Source: Mobula hypostoma (lineage: Eukaryota). From it: DNA of 64,000 nucleotides. Of the stretch, positions 25,037 to 38,125 are shown piece after piece. The position numbers were made by a program, and so were the translations under genes. The DNA is taken from NCBI RefSeq assembly GCF_963921235.1, contig NC_086097.1, positions 223,078,001 through 223,142,000 of the forward strand, read 5' to 3'. The notes beneath the pieces are model-generated. The model saw nothing but the letters and a program-made list of their open reading frames with translations. It searched no databases and was not told where the DNA came from. Position 1 is the first letter of the stretch; each line of letters begins with the position of its first letter.

Positions 25037-26039
25037 CGTAACAGAACTAGCTGCAGGAGCTTTGATTACTACTATGGGAATACAACTATGAAAATGGAAT
25101 ATACTACTGTGGGAACATAAACTTAGGTGAATACAGAGGCGTGAAGAGTGGTGACGTGATGATTGGTTCTGATTCGGTGATTTGAACTGGTACTATGTAT
25201 TTGTCCACTTACTGTGGCATTCTGAATCATTGGAGAGGTATAAAATAGTGTTGGGTGCTCATCAGTGGGCCGGGTTGTGAACAGTGCCGTAGATCGGCAG
25301 AATGGGAGGTGTGCTAAAGTGAGAGGGGTCGATGTATATCTAGAAGTACTTCAATGCTTGTTTTGACTTAATAAAGATATTTTAGTTCTAAGTACATAAT
25401 TGTAGTTTGTCTTTCTGCCTATGAGATTAGATTAGATTCAACTTTATTGTCATTGTGCCGAGTACAGATACAAAGCCAATGAAATGCAATTAGCATCTGA
25501 CCAAAAGAGCAAAGGAATAGTATTATTTACAAAATAACTGCGAATAAAAAGCAAGTGCTACAGCATACAAATATAAAAGTACCGAGACAGTTCAATATGG
25601 GTGCAATACTGCTTAGCACTGTGATGTGAGGTTCAGCAGGGTCACAGCCTCTGGGAAGAAGCTCTTCCTGTGCCTGCTGGTGCGGGTGGAGGCTCCTGTA
25701 GCGCCTACCGGATGGGAGGAGAGTAAAAAGTCCATGGTTAGGGTGAGATGTGTCCTTGATAATGCTTTTCGAACTGCCCGGCTACGTTTATGGTAGATAT
25801 TCTCAATGGTGGGCAATTGGGTGCCGATAATCTACTGGGCAGTTTTCACCACCTGCTGGAGTGTTTTGCGGTCTGATACGGAACAATTGCCATACCACAC
25901 TGAGATGCAGTTGGTGAGTATACTCTCAATGGTACAGCGGTAAAAGTCCATCAGTATCCTGGGACAGAGGTGAACTTTCTTGATGCTCTGCAGGAAATAA
26001 AGGCGCTGAGTCAGATACAATAACCTTTTGTTGTAACAG
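25037..26039 (+). mobile_element. Possible solo LTR interrupted by a Rex-type insertion
   Basis: (C/T)GTAACA start, TATAAAA, AATAAA and TTGTAACA end. No TSD found. Confidence 0.3.
25425..26007 (-). mobile_element. Rex-Babar-type LINE 3' fragment
   Basis: QRLYFL..FYRCTIESILTNCISVWYG and R.SFFPEAV motifs; (ATCTA)n tail. Confidence 0.75.
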
Positions 26040-27029
26040 CATTTTTGGAGTAGTTGACAAAGCTGGCATAGTAGAAAGCAAAATTCTTAGGAGTAAGAAG
26101 GAAGGCTCTCCCCCCGCGTGAAAAACAGAGTACTGGAGTTTGGCAGAAATGTTTAGTATGACAGATGAGGTGCTAATGAGCAGGTTGTGTTGTATAGGCT
26201 TTGTTAGAACAGTACTCCATGTAGAGAATATTCCATGTCACATCTGACTTGTCTTGAAGATGAATGGTTTTCTAGAATTAAGGCCAGCTTCTTGGCCTCA
26301 GATAGAATTTTGTAGGACAATATTTGCAGTTAGTTAACTTAATGGCCAATGACCATACTTAGGATGTTGATGCCATTGAATATTATTAAGTAGGTAATTA
26401 GATGCTTTCTTACTGAAGATGATTACATGCCACTTACCAGCTTACCTGAATCTTACCTAGGTCTTAGTATTTCATTTGTTAAAGTTGCAAATAAAATTTG
26501 TATTCCATCAGCAAACATCCCATCATCAAATTTATATGTTCAATGGAAATTCACCAAAAGCTGTAAGTTGTTTGTGCAAAAAACTGGAAGAAACTCTTAA
26601 GCATTATCTTGAAGCTAGGAAGACTGATGTACAACCATTTTCCTTTATGCAAGATAAACCCACCATTAAGTATAGCTCTCTGTCCCATTAACTTCAGTTT
26701 CCCAGAATTTGCCTAGATGACACTCTAAAATCTGTTGAGTATCTGCCATTACCTTTTGGAACACAATTCTTTTGTTCATGCTCAAAGACTGTAAATTTAG
26801 CCTGGAGCCAAATGGTAGTGGCGAACTAAAAACAGCGTTAACTAGTCTACATGCTGCTTGATAGCATGATCAAAACAGCACCCTCAGCTAACTTGCAAAT
26901 AATTGCAAAACTAACTATAAATTAGGATTGTATCTGATCTGCCCTTAACTATATAATGCTTTACACTGTTAGGTACAGTATTGCTAGTGTTTTAATGAAC
27001 ATGCCCAACGATAGATTTATTTAGCGATA

Positions 27030-27530
27030 ACAGTATGAATAGATAGATAGATATACTTTATTAATCCCGAGGGAAATTTGGTTTCGTTACAGCCGCACCA
27101 ACCTAGAGCGTAAATATAGCAATACAAAAAACCCCAACAATCATACACCAAAATGCAAACTATGCCAGATGGAAAATAAGTCCAGGACCAGTCTACTGGC
27201 TCAGGGTGTCTGACCCTCCATGGGAGGAGCTGCACGTTCGATGGCCACAGGCAGGAATGACCTCCCGTGCCGCCAAGTGTTGTATCACGGTGGGATGTGG
27301 CCGAAGTCCAACAGTAAAAGGTTCAATATCCAGTCTGCAAACACATTCCTCGATTGTAATATACCCCGGATTGCACCATCCCTTGTTAGCCAGAACAGCA
27401 AGCACCAAACTCCTCTACGCTTACCACTCTCAGCGCACTTCCGGTCAGCCGGAACGGTATTACCCACCCAACTCTTCTCCTCTAAAAGTCTCCGTTGTCT
27501 CGACCCGGTCCTGTTTCCCAGTAGGAAAGT
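27030..27530 (-). mobile_element. Rex-Babar-related 3' fragment (different subfamily)
   Basis: Shares the 3' UTR core GGGTCAGACACCCTGAGCC and GTAACGAAACCAAATTTCC with the 23293-24266 element. Confidence 0.6.
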
Positions 27531-27544
27531 AGGCCCTACAACCC

Positions 27545-27778
27545 ATGCCACATCAAATTAACCCTAACCTAATCACAGGACAATTTACAATATTCCAATT
27601 GACCTAGCTGGTAGGTCTTTGGACCGTAGGAGGCAACTGCAGCACCCAGGGAAAACCCATGCATACCGCAGGGAACATGCAGACTCCTTACAGAATGGCA
27701 CTGGAATTGAACTCTGAACTCCAGAATGTTGCGCTGTAATAGCGTCACACTAATCACTACACTATCATAGCCCGTCAT
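27545..27778 (-). mobile_element. V-SINE/HE1-like tRNA-derived SINE
   Basis: Minus strand has a tRNA-like head and a GGGTTTTCCCTGGGTGCTGCAGTTGCCTCC V-domain-like core. Confidence 0.6.
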
Positions 27779-28831
27779 CTCCTAGCTTGAACTGTATGAG
27801 TATAACCTCTCCCTGAGCAACTTGTTTTCTCATACTCAATAACTCCACTCTTGTTAACCACAATTTACAGAAATGAATTAACTCAGCCAGAGGAACATGA
27901 AAGATAATTTGAGCATTTGCAAATCACAATTCAGCTGCACACCTGGTTAAAAGCAGATTATTTGGTAACTGTTCTTCAATGCAACCAGAGCATTGGTTGT
28001 TGGTTCCATAAGCTTATTCTATTGTTCAATAAATTAAGCATTTCTGATCTTTGCATGCATAAACTTCACTACTGCAAAATATATTATCTTCACATGATCT
28101 GCTAGATATTGCTGGTAATGTTAGCTCTGGTCTCAAGTATTTATTTAAGCGAAGAGTGAAATTATGAAAAGCATGAGGTATGAAGTGTGTATTTAAAAAC
28201 AATTAGGTACACATTAGGGAAACGTGCAACTAAGGAAAAAAAAAACAAAATTTTAGTAGACAAATTACTTCAAGGTCAGATGTCCAGTGTATGAATCAGG
28301 TGATTTAGAAAATGAGAACTGTGTGTATTTGTTTTTCTAAAAAATTGTCTAAATTCCACTAAAGTTAATTCCCATGCATTCAAGTCTATTTAAACTAATT
28401 ATTACAATTGTTAGTCATTCAAAATAAGCTTTCATTTGAGAGCGTTCTCTGAACTATGAATTCTGAGGAATGACATTACTTTGTAAAGACTCTCCACTTA
28501 TCTCAAAGGTCTGATTAGTTTAGACTCATACAAACCAATAAATACAATGACAAGTTTAACATTAAAATTAGCATAAAAATACTGCAGTATATAACGAAGG
28601 ACAATCAAGGTAGTAGTACTTCTCCTTCCATAAATCTTCTAGTAGGAACATGTGCCAAATTTAAATCTCAATGTTTTTATTTCATCCTTGTAATAAAACT
28701 TGTTAAATAAGCTAAATCAATTCAAATTAAATATTTAAAAACCTATCTGCAAAAATACATTGTTTCTTTCACTACTTTTACACCGTTTTCTTTTAAATAT
28801 GGTTCCAGTAATGTTGGAGGCCTGTGATTGA

Positions 28832-31800
28832 GTGATCATGTGTAAAGTGAGGGTAGAAGCAAAAAGTACTAAGGAGAAGAGTAAAAGTGGCAGGCCGACA
28901 AATCCAGGGCAAGCATTAAAAAGGGCCACTTTTAAACATAATTGTATAAGGGCTAAGAGAGTTGTAAAAGAGCGCCTGAAGGCTTTGTGTGTCAATGCAA
29001 GGAGCATTCGTAATAAGGTGGATGAATTGAAAGTGCAGATTGTTATTAATGATTATGATATAGTTGGGATCACAGAGACATGGCTCCAGGGTGACCAAGG
29101 ATGGGAGCTCAACATTCAGGGATATTCAATATTCAGGAGGGATAGACATGAAGGAAGGGGAGGTGGGGTGCCGTTGCTGGTTAAAGAAGAGATTAACGCA
29201 ATAGAAAGGAAGGACATAAACCGGGAAGATGTGGAATCGATATGGGTAGAGCTGCGTAACACTGAGGGGCAGAAGACGCTGGTGGGAGTTGTGTACAGGC
29301 CACCTAACAGTAGTAGTGAGGTCGGAGATGGTATTAAACAGGAAATTAGAAATGTGTGCAATAAAGGAACAGTAGTTATAATGGGTGACTTCAATCTACA
29401 TGTAGATTGGGTGAACCAAATTGGTAAAGGTGCTGAGGAAGAGGATTTCTTGGAATGTATGCGGGATGGTTTTTTGAACCAACATGTCGAGGAACCAACT
29501 AGGGAGCAGGCTATTCTAGACTGGGTTTTGAGCAATGAGGAAGGGTTAATTAGCAATCTTGTAGTGAGAGGCCCCATGGGTAAGAGTGACCATAATATGG
29601 TGGAATTCTTCATTAAGATGGGGAGTGACATAGTTAATTCAGAAACAAAGGTTCTGAACTTAGAGGGGTAACTTTGAAGGTATGAGAGGTGAATTAGCTA
29701 AGATAGACTGGCAAATGACACTTAAAGGATTGACAGTGGATATGCAATGGCAAGCATTTAAAGGTTGCATGGATGAACTACAACAATTGTTCATCCCAGT
29801 TTGGCAAAAGAATAAATCAAGGAAGGTAGTGCACCCGTGGCCGACAAGAGAAATTAGGGATAGTATCAATTCCAAAGAAGCATACAAATTAGCCAGAGAA
29901 AGTGGCTCACCTGAGGACTGGGAGAAATTCAGAGTTCAGCAGAGGAGGGCAAAGGGCTTAATTAGGAAGGGGAAAAGAACTTATGAGAGAAAACTGGCAG
30001 GGAACATAAAAACTGACTAAAAGCTTTTATAGATATGTAAAAAGGAAAAGACTGGTAAAGACAAATGTAGGTCCCCTACAGACAGAAACAGGTGAATTGA
30101 TTATGGGGAGCAAGGACATGGCAGACCAATTGAATAATTACTTTGGTTCTGTCTTCACTAAGGAGGACATAAATAACCTTCCAGAAATAGTAGGGGACAG
30201 AGGGTCCAGTGAGATGGAGGAACTGAGTGAAATACTTGTTAGTAGGGAAGTGGTGTTAGGTAAATTGAAGGGATTGAAGGCAGATAAATCCCCAGGGCCA
30301 GATGGTCTGCATCCGAGAGTGCTTAAGGAAGTAGCCCAAGAAATAGTGGATGCATTAGTGATAATTTTTCAAAACTCGTTAGATCCTGGACTAGTTCCTG
30401 AGGATTGGAGGGTGGCTAATGTAACCCCACTTTTTAAAAAAGGAGGGAGAGAGAAACCGGGGAATTATAGACCGGTTAGCCTAACGTCGGTGGTGGGGAA
30501 ACTGCTGGAGTCAGTTATCAAAGATGTGATAACAGCACATTTGGAAAGCGGTGAAATCATTGGACAAAGTCAGCATGGATTTGTGAAAGGAAAATCATGT
30601 CTGACGAATCTCATAGAATTTTTTGAGGATGTAACCAGTAGAGTGGATAGGGGAGAACCAGTGGATGTGGTATATTTGGATTTTCAAAAGGCTTTTGACA
30701 AGGTCCCACACAGATATAGTGTGCAAACATAAAGCACACGGTATTGGGGGTAAGGTATTGATGTGGATGGAGAATTGGTTAGCAGACAGGAAGCAAAGAG
30801 TGGGAATAAACGGGACCTTTCCAGAATGGCAGGCAGGGACTAGTGGGGTACCGCAAGGCTCAGTGCTGGGACCCCAGTTGTTTACAATATATATTAATGA
30901 CTTGGATGAGGGAATTAAATGCAGCATCTCCAAGTTTGCGGATGACACGAAGCTGGGTGGCAGTGTTAGCTGTGAGGAGGATGCTAAGAGGATGCAGGGT
31001 GACTTGGATAGGTTGGGTGAGTGGGCAAATTCATGGCAGGTGCAATTTAATGTGGATAAATGTGAAGTTATCCACTTTGGTGGCAAAAATAGGAAAACAG
31101 ATTATCTGAATGGTGGCCGATTAGGAAAAGGGGAGGTGCAACAAGACCTGGGTGTCATCATACACCAGTCATTGAAAGTGGGCATGCAGGTACAGCAGGC
31201 GGTGAAAAAGGCAAATGGTATGCTGGCATTTATAGCGAGAGGATTCGAGTACAGGAGCAGAGGGGTACTACTGCAGTTGTACAAGGCCTTGGTGAGACCA
31301 CACCTGGAGTATTGTGTGCAGTTTTGGTCCCCTAATCTGAGGAAAGACATCCTTGCCATAGAGGGAGTACAAAGGTTCACCAGATTGATTCCTGGGATGG
31401 CAGGACTTTCATATGAAGAAAGACTGGATGAACTGGGCTTGTACTCATTGGAATTTAGAAGATTGAGGGGGGATCTGATTGAAATGTATAAAATCCTAAA
31501 GGGATTGGACAGGCTAGATGCAGGAAGATTGTTCCCGATGTTGGGGAAGTCCAGAACAAGGGGTCACAGTTTGAGGATAAAGGGGAAGCCTTTTAGGACT
31601 GAGATTAGGAGAAACTTCTTCACACAGAGAGTGGTGAATCTGTGGAATTGCCTGCCACAGGAAACAGTTGAGGCCAGTTCATTGGCTATATTTAAGAGGG
31701 AGTTAGATATGGCCCTTGTGGCTACGGGGATCAGGGGGTATGGAGGGAAGGCTGGGGCGGGGTTCTGAGTTGGATGATCAGCCATGATCATAATAAATGG

Positions 31801-31860
31801 CGGTGCAGGCTCGAAGGGCCGAACGGCCTACTCCTGCACCTATTTTCTATGTTTCTATGT
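28832..31860 (+). mobile_element. Young CR1 LINE with essentially complete ORF2 (endonuclease + RT) broken by three frame disruptions
   Basis: Consecutive ORFs 28832..29671 (NARSI, GITETW, YRPP, GDFN, SDH), 29682..30020, 30097..30732 (KSPGPDG, YRPVSLTS) and 30665..31768 (PQGSVLGP, FADD); tail TTTTCTATGTTTCTATGT. Confidence 0.92.
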
Positions 31861-32179
31861 GCTTTGCTCTTAAGAAGGTTCCAGGAGGCGCATAGCCTCG
31901 AGGCCAAGAGACAGGGCTCAAACCCATAATTTACGTCATTTCTCGCTGATTAAAGCATCAAGAAGGATTGAAACATCAAGGTGAGTGACTGTAGTTTAAT
32001 TGTATTTCGATATTGTTTTCGTTCATTCATTCCTGTTGCCGCTTACACAATTTTTTTTTATGCGTGGGTTTGATTTTCTTTGAACAGCTTATTGTTTTAT
32101 TTCATGTCTGGAGAAGATGAATCTCAGTTGTATATTGCATACATATTTTGTTCATAAATGTACCTTGAACACTGGGGAA

Positions 32180-32224
32180 AAAAAAGCCCAACACAGAAGA
32201 TCACTGTAATAAAATTTCTTTATT
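32180..32224 (-). terminator. RPL7: RPL7 polyadenylation signal and downstream GU/U-rich element
   Basis: AATAAA at 32219-32224 (minus), then TCTTCTGTGTTGGGCTTTTTTTT about 20 nt further on. Confidence 0.7.
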
Positions 32225-32261
32225 TAACAGATATGGTAGAAATTTGACATCTGTGGGACAC
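32200..32261 (-). other. RPL7: RPL7 exon 7 (non-coding 3' UTR exon); 3' end approximate
   Basis: Acceptor TCTCTTCCCTTTTAG|GTGTCC at 32262/32261 followed by AATAAA. The human RPL7 last exon is also short, non-coding and starts GTGTC (recalled). Confidence 0.75.
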
Positions 32262-34123
32262 CTAAAAGGGAAGAGATACAAAATTAGAAAATTCTACAAT
32301 ACTTCCTGGCCTTCAGACACAAAGCAGGCATCATCCCATCTGGCAAAGCACAAGCTGTCACCAGAAAGTCCCAGTATAGCCATTTTCACCTATACAGTAA
32401 AACACACACATCATAATCTGCTCCTTTTCCAGATTGCCCTTAAAATGACACAATTGGAATGTGCTGCCAATTGCCTTTGGAGTGTCATTATATGCAAAAT
32501 GTTTTGTCTATTCTACAATTTTAAAAAGTTGTCTTTTAATGTAGATAAGTTTATTGAGCCTAATGCACCACAAATGCATTAATCTTAATATACCATATTA
32601 TATTTTAATGCACATCCAATCTCTGCGTGCTTTTTTTCCCCTAAACCTAAATCCTAGCGTCAAAATATTCAATGGCACATGTACTGAAATTTTGAAATGG
32701 ATTGAAAATAAGCATAATCTAATTGTAATACCAATTTGAACAAGGGGGCTTTGAGTTGATTCAAACACAGCTTTATTATGTAGCACAACAATCATTTTCC
32801 TACCATCTAAACTTTCCAATGAGTTTTAGTTTTATACTGAATCAAGCATTGCTTTATGGCAACACACAACAGAATAAGCTTCACATTACCAACATCTTCA
32901 GCCAATCAGAAATCACAATGGAACAATATACAAAAATTGTGATGCAAGACTCCTCCATACTCCGGCCTAACCAACAATTCTCAAGACAACTAATGGGGAA
33001 AGGACTACTGAAACAAATGATATTGCAGCATGTGCAAAAAATGATATTATGGGCATTTCTTTAGTCTAGGTGGGGGGGGGGGTTAAAATCGTTAACCCAA
33101 CCACTCCAACCCATTTTTAAGTTCAGTAAGATGCATTCGTCTGCATTCTCTGCTGAACTAGAATATAGAATAGCCAGATCTTTGGGAAGAATCAAATGAG
33201 CTTTCAGTTTACTTGATCACAGAAAACCAGCAGATACTTGATCAGCCTCCTGTAATTCTAACCCTTTAGTTACAAGCTCTGACTAAAATACTTGTTTTAG
33301 CATGATTTAAAAAAAATCAAAAATTCATTTGCAACAGAGATTAACAAATCACAAGGGACTTGCTCTTGCTTAGCTCAGGCATCTTCATAAACCGTTTAAC
33401 TGTCTTCCAACCTATTCATCTCTTCTGGAGAGCAAGCCAAGTTTAACCAACTATTATACTCCACCTGCTCCAGATGTGGGCAACAAACTGGTTCAAGGTA
33501 AACCAACTGTTTGAGGATGATGCAAATGATGTCATATGCTATGAATCCCTAAAGGATTGTATCAAGAGAATTGCTTCAAAACTCAGTGCCCAAGCTAGTG
33601 GCTGGAGAAGAAATAGTGACTGGAACAAAAATCTTGGTTTTCAATCCAGGTACTCCGTATACTCCATGCAAGGTGAGGTCTGCACCTACAACTTCCTTTT
33701 ATTGACGTAAGGCAATAGAGCCCAGGGAGATGTCCAACAGGTGTAACCAGTGGACTTGCTACAAACAATTATGGAACACTACACATGATTTTTGCTGACA
33801 TTAATTGGGCACGATTAATTCATTAAAGTGAAGACGTCAACTTGAAATGTATTCATTTACTATCTATATCCATCAACAGTGAGATTTTATTCAAAATACC
33901 TGAATATATACAAGAGGCAAATTCCTAATCTTTTCACCCTGATTTGAAGAGCCAAACTATCTAACTGGTTAAAATCTTAAGTACTCACTGCCACATGAAA
34001 TTCCAGAAAGATTTTAATGCTAATAACATTATAACATTCTACATACAAAATACATTTCACTGTCCTCTTACCTATCCGTAACACTAGTGGCACAATTAAA
34101 CGTCCACACAAACACAGCATACC

Positions 34124-34332
34124 TCAGTTCATACACCTAATCATTCTGTTGATTTGGTCTTCTCTGTTGCCAGCATCACCACCCTCAACATAGTGTGTTG
34201 TCTTTTTGTTCATGCCACCACGTGGTGAGGACAGTTTGAAGGGCCACAAGAAATTGTTGGCCATCTTGAAGTTCTTCCCTACTGTGTAGATTTCATGAAT
34301 CAGATCTTCAATGCAAATGATGCCACACCTTC
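34124..34332 (-). CDS. RPL7: 60S ribosomal protein L7 (uL30), exon 6 including the stop codon
   Basis: (G)[71 protein letters not shown] acceptor; donor G|GTATG 1 nt after TGA. Confidence 0.97.
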
Positions 34333-35689
34333 CTGCAATACAAATAATTGGCTCATTATTAACAATTTATTTGAAAATGTATTCCAATTTCTAAATTAAG
34401 CTGTTTCCCAACACCTGCTTCAGGTGATAGGTGTGGCAACAGTTTAAAAGGCCTTTTGGCTATAGGGTTGTTTTATGGTTCTGTGTTTGGACTTCCTTGG
34501 GCACCCAGTGCAAACATTCATTTTCTGCAATTCCCCAACACTGGGCATCTGGGGGTTGAACCCTGCCACGATGCAGCCATTTCTTTATATTCAAGGGAAT
34601 TGGCTCCAAGACCAAAAGGCAAATTACTGACAATTTAATTTTTAAAAGTAAATTGGGATAAACGTGCATTGGAATGTATTAATCCTTAGTGGTTTGGCTT
34701 TAACTTCAAACCTTTTAAAATTGTCAATTACCATTGTTTATGAAGTTTTTGAATTGTGTTTGTGAAACATCCACAAAGATTCCAGCTTTTGACATTGCAT
34801 CAGCCCAATTACCATCTTTGAAACAAGTTAAAGAATAAAAAAAATCTGTGGGATGAACTCGAGCAGTATTTGTGCAGTGTAAGGAATGGTCAATGTTTCG
34901 CACTGGAACCTGTTAATGCAGCCCTGATGCAGGGTCTCAAATCTAAATACCCTCCCCACAACAGATGCTTCTTTATTGCTCCACATTTTGCAGCCTACTG
35001 TCTCCCCTCTGGTTTTAGATTATCCTGGATTCACAGCCATACTGTTACTATTTGTACTCAGAACACACTGAAAGAAAACATTTAGTTCAGATAACTAATG
35101 TGAAAAATAAGCATTAAGGTTTTATTTTAAATCACACTGGTAAGTAAAACATACAAGGTCTGACCTCACTCAATACACTAACCACACATTTTAAGTATCA
35201 GGTGTACTACTTGGTTTGTGTTCATGGATAATGAAAACGATCAAAATATTATCAATTTGTCCAAGTATTCAAATCAATCCCTATTAGAAACCCCAACAGT
35301 GAAACATGTGACCGTTAGTTATGCCAGCTGATAACCTGTTGAGCACAGAAACGGTAAGAGTCTGAGAAACCACAGCTACAAGTTTCAACTCTTAGAAGCC
35401 CAGACCACAGGTTTTTGGAGGTATAATAGCAACTCCCCCTTTTTTGCCCAAAATACATCTACACTATTTTTTTCCTCCCTAGCAGTTTCATTACAGTAAC
35501 TTAACAAAATTGCCTTCCTACAAAAAGTTGTGCCGTTCGATTTTTTTTGCAGGATACCAAATGTTACTTTTGTACAGTCCTAAGCCGAAGAATAAGAACA
35601 CTTACAAAACTCATAAAGTACTAGCCCACAATGGAGACTGAAACAATTAAACTAGTAATCAAATGACCAACTAAGTTGATCTTTTCTGC

Positions 35690-37380
35690 CTACAGAATTC
35701 ATACACCTCCACCCCCCCCCCCCCATTCATGTGCCTATCTAAATGTTTCCTACCAGCCTCTACCTTCACCCCAGGCAAGTACATTCCAAGCACCCACCAC
35801 CCTAAAGAAAAATACTTCCCCTCACATCTTTGAAATTGTACCCCCTCACCTTAAATGCATGCCGTGTGGTACACATTTCAACCCTAATACAAAAACTTTT
35901 TCTGCACCCTCTCCAAAGCCTCAACGTCCTTCCTATAATGAGGCAACCAGAACTGTATGCAATCCTCCAGAATGACCTACCTAGAGTTATAAAAAAACTG
36001 CCACACAACTTCCTGACTTTTGAACTCAATGCCTCAACTAATAATAGAAACATAGAAAATAGGTGCAGGAGTAGGCCATTCGGCCCTTCGAGCCTGCACC
36101 GCCATTTATTATGATCATGGCTGATCATCCAACTCAGAACCCAGCCTTCCCTCCATACCCCCTGACCCCTGTAGCCACAAGGGCCATATCTAACTCCCTC
36201 TTAAACATAGCCAATGAACTGGCCTCAACAGTTTGCTGTGGCAGAGAATTCCACAGATTCACCACTCTCTGTGTGAAGAAGTTTTTCCTAATCTCGGTCC
36301 TAATGGCCACTATGTCACATTGTTCATAACCCGTGCAGCCACTTTCAGGGAGCTATGTACTTGGACTCTTACTATCCCTTTGCTCATCAACGTTGTTGAG
36401 AATCTTGCCCTTAACAGTGTACCGTCTCTTTACATTTGACCTACCAAGGTGCAAAACTTCATACCTGGCTGGGTTAAACTCCATCTGAGATTTCTCCACC
36501 CATATTTGTGACTGATCCAGATCTCATTGCCAGTCATCTACACTATCCACACCACCAACCTTCATATCATCTGAAAATTTAGTAAGCCACCCATCTACAT
36601 TTTCATCCAGTTCATTTATTTCTAACACCAACAGCAGAGGTCCCAGTACAGATCCTCATAGAACACCACTAACCACACCCCTTCAGCTGGAATAAGTCAC
36701 TTCAACCAACATCCAAGTCTCCTATGGGTAAGCCAGTTCTGAATCCAAACGGCCAATCGCATGACTCCTAATCTGTTAGATGAGCCTCCCTTGAGGGACC
36801 TTGTCCAAACACCCTACTAAAATCCACATACACAATATCCAGTTCTACCTTCAATCACCACCATTACCTCAACAAAAAGCTTCATCAAGTTGGTAAGATA
36901 TGACTTGCAGGCTCTCCCTAATTAGGCCCCATCACTGACATGAGGCTCACTGGTCTGCAGTTTCCAGGACTTTCCTTGGTTCCCTTCTTGAACAATGGAA
37001 CATTAACAATTTGGCAAACCTCTAATCTCACCGGTGGCCAGAGGAGACAAAGGTATTGGTCAAGGCCACAGCAACCTCCTCTCTCAGTAACCTGAGGTAT
37101 AATTCCATCAGGCCCTGGGATCTTGTCCACCTTAATGCTCTTTAAGAGACCCAACACTACCTCTTCCTTACCTTGAAATGCTTTAGCTTATCAGTGTGCT
37201 TGACACTGATCTCCTTATTCTCCACATCCTTAAACTTGGTAAATACTGATGTAAAATATTCAAAGTACCCCACCCACACCCTCTGCACCCAATGTTCCCA
37301 CTTTATCTTTGAGTGGTTCTCTTGCTCTTGCTGCATGTATAAATTTGCCTTGGGATTCTCTTTGATGCTACTTGCCAAGG
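35690..37380 (-). mobile_element. Old CR1 fragment in RPL7 intron 5 with a nested young CR1 3' end
   Basis: KVDKIPGPDGI, GNCRPVSL and FTSVFT remnants. Confidence 0.75.
36044..36303 (-). mobile_element. Young CR1 3' end, same subfamily as 28832-31860
   Basis: Near-identical reverse complement of about 31590-31860. Confidence 0.85.
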
Positions 37381-38125
37381 ACACAGTCTTTCAAACACAA
37401 GGGAGGACATCTTCAGTCTCCAGCGAACTCAAGGACTTGCAAACTCATGGCTTCTTTGACCAACTCTGGTCTCTGATGACTTGCTGGTCTGCTGGCCAGA
37501 CATCCAACCACACTTCATTTGACAATGTCCACACAGTTGTTCCATGAGCACAGAATGCAGAGAGCAAAGTGGAAGACCAGATCTGGCTAGGGTTCTAATG
37601 GGGAACTCAAGCCACTTCTTTACCCAGATGTGTTAAAACTATTTTAAAAAAATCAGCTCACCAAATAGCACTGTTGTATTGGGGAAGACATAACCACAAA
37701 AGGAGAATGGAACAGAAATATATCCTGAAAATGTTAGACAAGGAAGTGAGAGGAAGTTCATATGGAGCATGTATAATGGCAGAATTATTTATTTTATTTT
37801 TAACATGGCCCGGTACATAGCAGCCATTACTACACAAAACTGATGCAGTTCCCCATCAGAACTGCATAAAATACAGCACACTGACCATGATGCCAATCCA
37901 CACTAATCCCATTTGTCCATATCCTTGTAAGTACCAGTCCAAATGCCCTTTAAATGTTGCTATAGTGTCTGCTTCCACCACTTCCACTGGTAACTTGTAC
38001 CAGATATTCACCCTTAATCTTAATATCTCTCAAAAAGATCTCTTTGCACATTAGTACTCTTAACGTACCTGCCATGTTCCAGGAAAATTTGACTTTCCAT
38101 CTTGTATTACCAGTACTCTCAAAAT

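Noticed and set aside
29116..31791. Minus-strand ORFs of 75-171 aa here and similar ones elsewhere
   Set aside because: They are antisense shadows of CR1 ORF2.
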